Shown one piece after another: positions 40,897 through 48,909 of a DNA stretch of 64,000 bases. How positions within the stretch are numbered: position 1 is the stretch's first letter; every line of letters starts with the position of its first letter. A program made the position numbers and the translations under genes. The stretch is from Planctomycetota bacterium (GTDB taxonomy: Bacteria; Planctomycetota; UBA8108; SXIK01), in NCBI GenBank assembly GCA_965223265.1, contig OZ244999.1:6304001-6368000 (forward strand), read 5' to 3'. The notes beneath the pieces are model-generated. The model was not told the origin of the DNA and ran no database searches. It saw only the letters and a list, made by a program, of their open reading frames with translations.

Positions 40897-41958
40897 TCAT
40901 ACGTATCCGGCAGGAAGTCTCAAACCGGTCGTCTCCGGCAAACCGAAGGCATAGTTAAAGTTTTGAACTGCTTGGCCGGCAGCTCCTTTACCCAGGTTGT
41001 CGATGGCGCTGAAGACGACGCTGCGGTCTGTCTCCCCGGCGATGCCAATCACTGCACGCGGACCTCCTTGCACCCAGCGCAGCTCGGGCGATCCAGAGAC
41101 GACGGACACGAGAGGTGCGTCGTCATAGGCCGCGCGAAATAGGCTCTCGACAGCATCTCGCCCTAGGCCAGGAACGAATGTTGTCGCGAAGATGCCGCGC
41201 ACGAGCGGGCCGGACTGCGGCACAAAGTGGATCTTGAAATCTGTGTCCGTAAGCGTTTTCAGAAGCCCCTCGACCTCGAGCAGATGTTGATGCACGAGCG
41301 GCTTGTAGGCTCGGACGTTGCTCGCACGCTCAGGGTGGTGCGTTGTCTGCAGCGGCTTGTTTCCGGCACCCGATGACCCCGTGAGCGCCGCAACGAAAAC
41401 GTCGCCGCGTAGTTGACCGGCCGCCGCGAGTGGCGCCAAAGCGAGATTGACTGCCGTCGCAAAGCACCCCGGATTCGCAATCAGCCGTGCGCCCGCAAGC
41501 TGTTCTCTACGGTACTCCGTGAAGCCGTAGACGAATTCGGCGAGTTGATCAGGCGCGACGTGCTCACGGCCATAAAACTTCTCGTACGCCGCAGCGTCTT
41601 CACTGCGGAAATCACCGCCGAGATCGATGAAGACGACACCCTGGTGCTCGCGCGCAAGCCTTGGGATGACATCCTGCGAGCTATTGTGCGGCAAGCAGAC
41701 GAACACCGCCTGCGTCTCGCTAATTCGCGCCGACGCCGAGTCAAGATCGATGAACGTCAAATCCAGAAAGTCGCGGAGATTCGGCAGCACACCGCTCACG
41801 TGATTGCCCACCCGCGCATTCGCGCTGATCCAGCGCACGTCGACGCGCGGATGGCCGACCAAGTAACGGAGGATCTCTCCACCGATGTAACCCGAGGCTC
41901 CCAGAACACCGACCGGAATGACCGCGCCGGGTTCGTTCGTCGTGTTTGTCTGTTGCAT
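40897..41958 (-). CDS. argC: N-acetyl-gamma-glutamyl-phosphate reductase
   Basis: GASGYIG, IANPGCFATA, GSSGAG and IDNLGKGAAGQAVQN. Confidence 0.95.
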   Translation of the reverse strand: MQQTNTTNEPGAVIPVGVLGASGYIGGEILRYLVGHPRVDVRWISANARVGNHVSGVLPNLRDFLDLTFIDLDSASARISETQAVFVCLPHNSSQDVIPRLAREHQGVVFIDLGGDFRSEDAAAYEKFYGREHVAPDQLAEFVYGFTEYRREQLAGARLIANPGCFATAVNLALAPLAAAGQLRGDVFVAALTGSSGAGNKPLQTTHHPERASNVRAYKPLVHQHLLEVEGLLKTLTDTDFKIHFVPQSGPLVRGIFATTFVPGLGRDAVESLFRAAYDDAPLVSVVSGSPELRWVQGGPRAVIGIAGETDRSVVFSAIDNLGKGAAGQAVQNFNYAFGLPETTGLRLPAGYV

Positions 41959-42039
41959 CAAGATTCTCCAGCATCGAATGCGACATCACCCGAGTGGGTG
42001 CCGGCGATCGTGCGCCGGTTGTCATTCGTGCGAATAGCG

Positions 42040-43071
42040 TTAGATTCCGAGCTTGCTCCTGACGAAGCGAGCCAGCTCTTCGGGGCGTTTGTACGCGTTG
42101 ATGGCCGGTGTCCCAAGCTCACGATCAAGCAAATCGACGCCGGCGCGATTGTCGGTGCAAGGCCCGGAGAAGAGATCGATCCCGATCCCCCGCTGCGCCA
42201 GAAACTGCGCGCCTCCCCACGCACCCACAAGATCGGCGGCGCAAAAGGCGTGCATCTGAACGAATCGCTTCAGCTCCTCGTCTTGCAGAATATCGGTGAC
42301 CCCATAGTCACCGAGGATTCCGTCTCCGAGCTCAAGTGCGACCAGATCCGGAGCCCCGCGTGAAAGCGAAGCAATCAACGTCTTTGCGATGGTGACCAGC
42401 TCGGCGGCCGCCAAGCTAGCGGTCGACGCGTAGCCGACGTCGAGAAACGAGGCAGTCGCCGCAGCGCCATGGTCCTCCATCGCGATGAGATCTCTCAAGC
42501 AGGCGATCCCGGTGACCTTACCACCGGCAATCGCCAGGCCCTCCTTCGAAAGCTCTTGGATGAGCTCCGCCAAGAACAGCGTCTTCCCGGAGTCCATCCC
42601 TGTGCCGCTGACGGCCAGAATCGGGGGCACGTCGAGATCCGCGATCGTCTGCGCCGCTTCGATGCTGCCGTCACTTAGCCGCACGATGCGTCCATCACGA
42701 ACAGGCATGCCCAGCACCTCACAGGCGACTGGGACGCCGAAGTCCATATGGTCGCTGGAGCTGACCCCAAGAACGCCACCGCGGTTGAGCAGCTGCAGCG
42801 TATCACCGACTGCGAGTGTCGCCGGTACGTCGCCGCAAAAACCGCGCAGCGCACGACGACGACCGAGCGCGCCGACGAAGAGGTCGCCGCGAAAAATCTT
42901 CGCCATGCGGCCATCCGCTAGCTCGAGTTGGCTGTAGACGCGCTTTTCGCGGAGTGCCCGTACGACAACCGTGTGACCGGCGTGCGCCTCGAGATCGTCT
43001 GTCAACTCGATTTCCTTGTCGAAACCAAGTCGCGACACGACAGACGCAATTTTGTGAACTTTGATCTTCAT
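42040..43071 (-). CDS. DUF1611-like P-loop protein within the arg operon
   Basis: GTGMDSGKT Walker A, GGKVTGIACLRD, LELGDGILG and N-terminal LELADGR..GDLFVGALGRR. ATG at 43071; alternative 43083. Confidence 0.75.
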   Translation of the reverse strand: MKIKVHKIASVVSRLGFDKEIELTDDLEAHAGHTVVVRALREKRVYSQLELADGRMAKIFRGDLFVGALGRRRALRGFCGDVPATLAVGDTLQLLNRGGVLGVSSSDHMDFGVPVACEVLGMPVRDGRIVRLSDGSIEAAQTIADLDVPPILAVSGTGMDSGKTLFLAELIQELSKEGLAIAGGKVTGIACLRDLIAMEDHGAAATASFLDVGYASTASLAAAELVTIAKTLIASLSRGAPDLVALELGDGILGDYGVTDILQDEELKRFVQMHAFCAADLVGAWGGAQFLAQRGIGIDLFSGPCTDNRAGVDLLDRELGTPAINAYKRPEELARFVRSKLGI

Positions 43072-43138
43072 CGCTGCATCCATGCATCGGCGCTACGGCG
43101 ACGACGCGTACGGAAAACGAGTTGCACCGCGCGTCAGC

Positions 43139-44368
43139 TCATCCCGTTGCGTCCGTGGTGTGGCCCCCCGCCTGGCGATAGAGCCGCGAGGGAATCGCCA
43201 TCATCGTGCTGAATCCGCGCACATCTTCGCCGCTCCAGAGTTTTGGCATCTCACCGTAGACCCCTGATGCGCCGTGCATCATGCTGTTGGGACTGCGCAC
43301 GGCTTGGACGTCGAACGCTCCCGCCGCGAGTCGCACGCACGCATCGCCGTCGACGCGATCTTGCGACGAGTCAATCAGTGCTTCGATGTCACGCAGCACC
43401 GGCTCAAACGCGTTGCCTTCATGGATCAGCTTGCCGTAGAACTCCGCCATGTGATCTTTCCAGAAACGCTGCCAAGCAGTCGTGGTAATCTTCTCAAGCT
43501 CGCGGTGCGAGTGGATGAGCACCTGGGCAGCGCCGGCTTCGAACGCGATGCGCCCCTTGATTCCGAGCACCGTATCGCCAATGTGAATCCCAAGGCCGAC
43601 GCGATGCCGCCGGCACAGGTCGCCGAGCTTCTGTACGAGTGTGACACCGTCCATGTCGACACCGTTCAGCGCCGTCGGCACGCCGCCCTTGAACGTGATT
43701 TCCACGATCTCCGTTTCCGTCGTCGCCGGCACGCTGACCGCTTGATCATAGAGCGAGTCGGGAATCTTGCTCCACGGGTCGTGCGTCTCGCCGCCGCCGA
43801 TCGTCGCACCCCAGAGCCCGCTGTTGATCGAGTACTGGCGCACCGACTTGTCGATTTCGACGCCACGTTCGGCGAGAAAATCGAACTCTTCATCACGTGT
43901 TAGCTTCTCGTCACGAATCGGCGTCAGAACCGGCACCCCCGGCAGCAGCACCGCGAAGGCAATGTCGAATCGCACTTGGTCATTGCCCGCACCCGTGGAA
44001 CCATGCGCCACGGCCGCAGCGGCTTCGCGCTGGGCGACCTCGGCGATGATTTCCGCCTGCACGACGCGCTCCGCCGCGACGGCGAGCGGATAGACGGCGC
44101 CCCGGAGAACGTTCCCTTTGATCAGGTAGCTGACGTAGCGATCGAAGACTCGGCCGCGTCCGTCGATCGTCTCGTGCGCCAGGACACCGAGACGCCGCGC
44201 GCGCGCCTCAATCTCTTCCAGCTCTTCTGCGCCGAACCCGCCCGTATCGACCGTGACGGTGACGACGTCGTAGCCCTTCTTTTCCCGCAAGTAGGGAATG
44301 CAGTAAGACGTATCCAGTCCGCCGGAATACGCCAGGACGACCTTCTCTTTCCTAGTCATTGTTGTCAC
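43139..44368 (-). CDS. argG: Argininosuccinate synthase
   Basis: VLAYSGGLDTS, HGSTGAGNDQVRF and GIKGRIAFEA. Confidence 0.96.
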   Translation of the reverse strand: MTTMTRKEKVVLAYSGGLDTSYCIPYLREKKGYDVVTVTVDTGGFGAEELEEIEARARRLGVLAHETIDGRGRVFDRYVSYLIKGNVLRGAVYPLAVAAERVVQAEIIAEVAQREAAAAVAHGSTGAGNDQVRFDIAFAVLLPGVPVLTPIRDEKLTRDEEFDFLAERGVEIDKSVRQYSINSGLWGATIGGGETHDPWSKIPDSLYDQAVSVPATTETEIVEITFKGGVPTALNGVDMDGVTLVQKLGDLCRRHRVGLGIHIGDTVLGIKGRIAFEAGAAQVLIHSHRELEKITTTAWQRFWKDHMAEFYGKLIHEGNAFEPVLRDIEALIDSSQDRVDGDACVRLAAGAFDVQAVRSPNSMMHGASGVYGEMPKLWSGEDVRGFSTMMAIPSRLYRQAGGHTTDATG

Positions 44369-45770
44369 CTATTCCTTCGCTGGCTGTGTCTTCCTCATGC
44401 GCCGACTCTGTTAGAAGCTTGCGCACGCGCTGGATCTGACTGCGCACCTGCGCCGGTGCCGTGCCGCCGACGACGGTCTTGTCCGCCAGCGCCGCTTCGA
44501 TGCGCAGCGCGTCGAACACGTCTGCGGCGAACTCTTTGTGAACATCCTGGTAGTCACTGAGCTGCAGCTCCTCGAGTTTCGCGCTCCGCGCCTCGGCGAG
44601 TCGAACGACCCGGCCGACGACGCCGTGGGCCTCACGGAACGCCACGCCCTTGCGCGTCAGGTAGTCCGCCAGCCCCATGGCGTTGAGGAACCCGCCGTCG
44701 AGCGCTGCTTCTGTCCGCTGGCGATCGACCTGCAAGGTTTCGATCGTGGCCCGAAACACCGGCAAGATCAGCTCGATCGTGTCGACGGCATCGAAGAGAC
44801 CTTCCTTGTCTTCCTGGAGATCCTTGTTGTACGTGAGCGGCAGTCCCTTGAGCGTCGTCAGCAGTCCCAGGAGGCTGCCGAACACACGCCCACTCTTTCC
44901 CCGGGCAAGCTCGCACGCATCCGCGTTCTTCTTCTGCGGCAACATCGAGCTGCCCGTGGTCACCGAGTCGTCGAGCGTGGCAAAACCGAACTCCGCCGTC
45001 GACCAAAGGATCAGATCCTCACTCCAGCGCGACAGGTGCACCATCAAAAGCGCCGCAGCGTGAAGAAAGTCGCAGACGAAGTCGCGATCACTGACGGCAT
45101 CCATGGAGTTGTGCGTCAGGCGCTCGAAGCCGAGCTCGGAGCGCAAGAGATCTCGATCGATGCCAAACTGATTGCCAGCACACGCGCCCGATCCGAGCGG
45201 ACACGCATCGCTCTGGTCCGCGGCCCACAGAAACCGCGTGCGGTCGCGCTGCAGCATCTCGGCGTAGGCGAGAAGATGATGCGCAAGGAGTACTGGCTGC
45301 GCGCGCTGCAGGTGCGTGTAGGCTGGAATGACGACGTCGATGGCCCGCTCGGCGGCATCAGCAGTCGCCAGTATGAGGCTGCGCAGTGAAGCGGCCACCT
45401 CCTTGCTCACACGTTTGACGTAAAGCCTCAAGTCCGTCGCGACTTGGTCGTTCCGACTGCGTCCGGTGTGGAGTTTTTCCCCCGCGGCGCCGGCAATCTC
45501 TGTCAGCCGCGATTCGAGGTTCATATGAATGTCTTCGAGCTCGCGCGAGAACGCGAAGCTGCCCGCTTCGATCTCTGCGAGCACTTGACGCAGACCTTCG
45601 CGAATCGAGGTCGCCTCCGCCGACGAAATGAGCCCTCCCTGCTCGAGCGCTTTCGTCCACGCCAGACTGCCCGCGACGTCTTCGCGGTAGAGTCGCTGGT
45701 CAAAATCGATCGACGCGTTGAGTCGCGCCATCGCTCGAGTGAGGCTCTTGCCGAATCGTTCGCTTCGCAT
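44352..45770 (-). CDS. argH: Argininosuccinate lyase
   Basis: LHTGRSRNDQ, YTHLQRAQP, TGSSMLPQKKN and YNKDLQEDKE. Confidence 0.97.
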   Translation of the reverse strand: MRSERFGKSLTRAMARLNASIDFDQRLYREDVAGSLAWTKALEQGGLISSAEATSIREGLRQVLAEIEAGSFAFSRELEDIHMNLESRLTEIAGAAGEKLHTGRSRNDQVATDLRLYVKRVSKEVAASLRSLILATADAAERAIDVVIPAYTHLQRAQPVLLAHHLLAYAEMLQRDRTRFLWAADQSDACPLGSGACAGNQFGIDRDLLRSELGFERLTHNSMDAVSDRDFVCDFLHAAALLMVHLSRWSEDLILWSTAEFGFATLDDSVTTGSSMLPQKKNADACELARGKSGRVFGSLLGLLTTLKGLPLTYNKDLQEDKEGLFDAVDTIELILPVFRATIETLQVDRQRTEAALDGGFLNAMGLADYLTRKGVAFREAHGVVGRVVRLAEARSAKLEELQLSDYQDVHKEFAADVFDALRIEAALADKTVVGGTAPAQVRSQIQRVRKLLTESAHEEDTASEGIGDNND

Positions 45771-45774
45771 GAGG

Positions 45775-46782
45775 TCAACTCTCCCCCGTCGGCGGTGACT
45801 CTGGTGACGATGACGGTGGTGCGGCGGATGCGTCGTTCGCTCCCGACTCGGCAGTCGCGTCGAGATCCTTCAAGCGATCGCGATAGATCCGCTCCTCGTC
45901 GCGATCGAGAATCATCGTGCCGGTGCCGCGCACGGTGAACACCTCGCACAGCAGAGCGTTCGGCTCGAGACCGTTGATGATGTGCGCTCGCTTCACCCCA
46001 CCACGCACAGCGGCGGCGGCCGTCGTCAACTTAGGGATCATCCCATCCGAGGCTTCGCCACGCTGAATCACGGCGTCGATGTCTTCGAGCGTGAGGTACG
46101 AGTAGCGCGTCGAGGGATCGTTCAAGTCGCGGTACACCCCACTCACATTAGAAAACAAGAACAACTTCTCAGCAGGGAGCGAAGCGGCGATCTCACTGGC
46201 GATGGTGTCGGCGTTGATGTTGAGCACCTGCCCGTCATCGCTACAACCAAGCGAAGCGACGACCGGCACGAATCGCTCCTCGAGAAGAACGCGCAGGACA
46301 TCGGGGCGCACGCTCTGAATGTCGCCGACGTTCTGGAAGTCGACTTCACGCTCGCTCCCGCTAGCATCGTCGTACACTTTCCGGGGCGGCCGTTTGATCG
46401 CTTGGACGAGATCGCCGTCGACGCCAGAGAGTCCGACTCCTGGGGTGCCGTAGCGACGCAGCGCCGCCAAGATATCGGTGGAGATCTGGCCGGCAAAGAC
46501 CATCTTGGCGAGCTCGAGCAGACGGTCATCGGTGATGCGCCGTCCCCCAACCTTCTTGGCTTCGATGCCGAGGCGACCAGCGATGTCGGAGAGCTGCGGC
46601 CCACCGCCATGGATGATCACTAGCCGGATGTTGAGCTCGTGGAGCAAGGCGATCTCTTCGGCCAGAGCGCTGAGGCGCTCCGGATCGGAGACCACTTCGC
46701 CGCCAAACTTGATCACGAAGATCTTGTTGCGGTACTCCTTGATATAAGGGAGCGCCTGCTTGAGGAGTTTGATGTCTTCCAT
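45775..46782 (-). CDS. argB: Acetylglutamate kinase
   Basis: QALPYI..FVIKFGG, IHGGGPQ, LNINADT and GMIPKL. Likely ATG at 46782. No C-terminal GNAT domain. Confidence 0.94.
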   Translation of the reverse strand: MEDIKLLKQALPYIKEYRNKIFVIKFGGEVVSDPERLSALAEEIALLHELNIRLVIIHGGGPQLSDIAGRLGIEAKKVGGRRITDDRLLELAKMVFAGQISTDILAALRRYGTPGVGLSGVDGDLVQAIKRPPRKVYDDASGSEREVDFQNVGDIQSVRPDVLRVLLEERFVPVVASLGCSDDGQVLNINADTIASEIAASLPAEKLFLFSNVSGVYRDLNDPSTRYSYLTLEDIDAVIQRGEASDGMIPKLTTAAAAVRGGVKRAHIINGLEPNALLCEVFTVRGTGTMILDRDEERIYRDRLKDLDATAESGANDASAAPPSSSPESPPTGES

Positions 46783-47279
46783 AGTATCGAGCCGATTGCC
46801 GGCGAATTCCAACGATTGGACAAGGACGAAGCCCGCATGGTGGCGAATGCACCGCGTTAGGTCAAGGTGACGAGCTCGAGTCGGCCGCGCCGCCTTGAAT
46901 GGGTCCGAACCGCGGCAGAATCGATCCGCGGCGAACCAATCCTCCGGGTGAGGATCGAGCCCCCCGGTAAATTCAGCGCCGCAAGTCAGCGCCCGTTGGT
47001 CAGCGCCGGTCACAGAGACCGCCGGCGGGCGGGCCACCCGTTGCCGAGCGCGACAAGCCGCACTTGCTCTGAGATCGATTCGTCATCGTCGCGATCGGCG
47101 ACGCAAAGGACAAACAAGCTGACGACTTGCCGGAGGTCCGCTCCGGGCGCGGCACCGGTTCCACGCCGCACACTACAGTCGCGCTCTGCAGTGACGTGAG
47201 TGGCCGACACCCACGGCCGCGCGGGCGCTGAGAAGCTTCGCTGCACCCACGAGTGAGGCCGCGCGCGCTGCTCGCGCTC

Positions 47280-47345
47280 TTATCGACGACGTCTAAGTCG
47301 GTTACGTCTAAATCGGTGCAGTCGAATCGACCGTCGTGTCAGCAT
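47280..47345 (-). CDS. Putative Arg-rich leader peptide of the arg operon (MLTRRSIRLHRFRRNRLRRRR)
   Basis: ATG to TAA ORF of 21 codons with 11 Arg, between a promoter and argB on the same strand. Confidence 0.7.
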   Translation of the reverse strand: MLTRRSIRLHRFRRNRLRRRR

Positions 47346-47399
47346 GGCTCGGGTCGCTTGGTGGGTTCTTCGGCGCACCGCGCCGGTCGGAAACCCCAC

Positions 47400-47428
47400 G
47401 TTATATCCGTGCTCTCGAGTCACTCCAA
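47400..47428 (-). promoter_or_regulatory. Sigma-70 promoter of the arg leader/operon
   Basis: Minus strand TTGGAG-N17-TATAAC; the -10 is about 55 nt upstream of the leader ATG. Confidence 0.6.
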
Positions 47429-47588
47429 GACTTTTCCGGGTAGTCGCGCCTGCGGCCAACGTGATTCTGCTGGCGCCGGGCGTTAAAAAAGGAGAGTGAG
47501 CGGGTAGAATCCGTCTCCCAACAGAGAGCAAACTCGGCGCCCGCGCGCAGAGCGAGTAGCGCAGATCCCCGAGCAAAAAGGAAACCCC

Positions 47589-48365
47589 ATGGCCCACAAC
47601 CTCCTGGCCGGTAAGAAAGGTCTCGTTCTCGGTGTCGCCAACAAGCGAAGTATCGCCTGGGCAGTCTCGCAAGCTGCAAGCGACAACGGTGCGGAGCTGG
47701 CGTTCACGTATCTGAACGACAAACTCAAGGACAAGGTCGCAGCGCTGGCGAAGGATCTTCCGGGCAGCTCCCCTCTCTATCCGTGTGACGTCACGCGCGA
47801 CGAGGAGATCGACGCTCTCGGCGAGAGCGTGCGCCGGGACTTCGGCACGCTCGATTTCGTCATCCATTCGATCGCTTTCGCCGACCGCAAAGACCTCGAA
47901 GGCCGTTTTGTCGACACCTCGCGCCAAGGTTATCACTTGGCGCAGGACGTCAGTAGCTACTCGCTCACCGCCACCGCACGCGCCACCGCGCCGCTCATGG
48001 AAAGCGGCGGCAGCATCGTCACCATGACCTACCTTGGAGCCGAACGCGCCATCAAGAACTACAATGTCATGGGAGTCGCCAAGGCGGCGCTCGAAGCGTC
48101 CGTGCGCTACTTGGCATCAGAGCTAGGCGAGCGTCAGATCCGCGTCAACGCCGTCTCGGCAGGCCCGATCAACACCCTGGCAGCACGCGGCATCGCCGGC
48201 TTCACCGACATCCTCGACCATGTCGCACAGGTCGCGCCGCTGAGGCGCAACGTCGAGGTCGAAGAGGTTGCCAACACGACCGTCTTTCTCGCCAGCCCAC
48301 TCGCCAGCGGCATCACCGGCGAGACGGTCCATGTCGACGGTGGCTTCAACATGGTAGGGCTTTGA
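47589..48365 (+). CDS. fabI: Enoyl-ACP reductase FabI
   Basis: GVANKRSIAW, HSIAFA, YNVMGVAKAALEASVRYL and SAGPINTLAA. Confidence 0.96.
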   Translation: MAHNLLAGKKGLVLGVANKRSIAWAVSQAASDNGAELAFTYLNDKLKDKVAALAKDLPGSSPLYPCDVTRDEEIDALGESVRRDFGTLDFVIHSIAFADRKDLEGRFVDTSRQGYHLAQDVSSYSLTATARATAPLMESGGSIVTMTYLGAERAIKNYNVMGVAKAALEASVRYLASELGERQIRVNAVSAGPINTLAARGIAGFTDILDHVAQVAPLRRNVEVEEVANTTVFLASPLASGITGETVHVDGGFNMVGL

Positions 48366-48513
48366 GCTGCGAGCTCGGGTCAGCGTGAACGAGCCCAGCC
48401 GCGCGCCCGTGAGCTCCGCTGGTGTTGGCCACTGATTCGAATCTTTCGCGACGTCTCCGCCGTTTCTGAAACCGGCGGAATCGGTGCAAGAGGGAGGCGC
48501 GTCACGGGCATAC

Positions 48514-48570
48514 GCGATTGCGATTGCGTGTGCGTGTGCGTGTGCGTGTGCGTGGGTCTGGGCCTGGGCG
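48514..48570. repeat. Short hexamer array (GCGATT)2(GCGTGT)4GCGTGG plus degenerate units
   Basis: Read directly; same GCGNNN register as the other arrays. Confidence 0.8.
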
Positions 48571-48909
48571 CCTGCTAAAGTAGCAGGCACACTCCTGTGT
48601 GCCGTTCCGGAGGTGACCGTGGACCGTGGACCGTGACCGTGAGTTTCGAGCGCACGCTTAAGATTCACAGCCTCGGAATGTGCCGCCCGGTCTTGCGACA
48701 ACCGCAGACGTTGCTTGACCCTTTCGTGACGGGCTCTGAAGGGGGTGCTGGCAGCTCCCAACGGGTGCGCCGCCGTTTCTAACAAGTTTCTAAGATCGGC
48801 CGGCTAAGCTACCTGCGTCGAAGAAAAGAGCGCCGCAGCGGGCGGTGCTCGCCGTATTCTGGTTCTCAGGATGCGGCGTCTGCAGCACGAAGCGCAGCAG
48901 GAGGCAGGT

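Noticed and set aside
46783-47037. 85-aa N-terminal extension of ArgB
   Set aside because: ArgB similarity begins at MEDIKLLKQALPYI, and the extension has no recognisable domain.
47346-47936. 218-aa minus-strand ORF that ends in the Arg-rich peptide
   Set aside because: It is mostly antisense to fabI and spans the predicted promoter. Only the ATG-initiated last 21 codons were kept.
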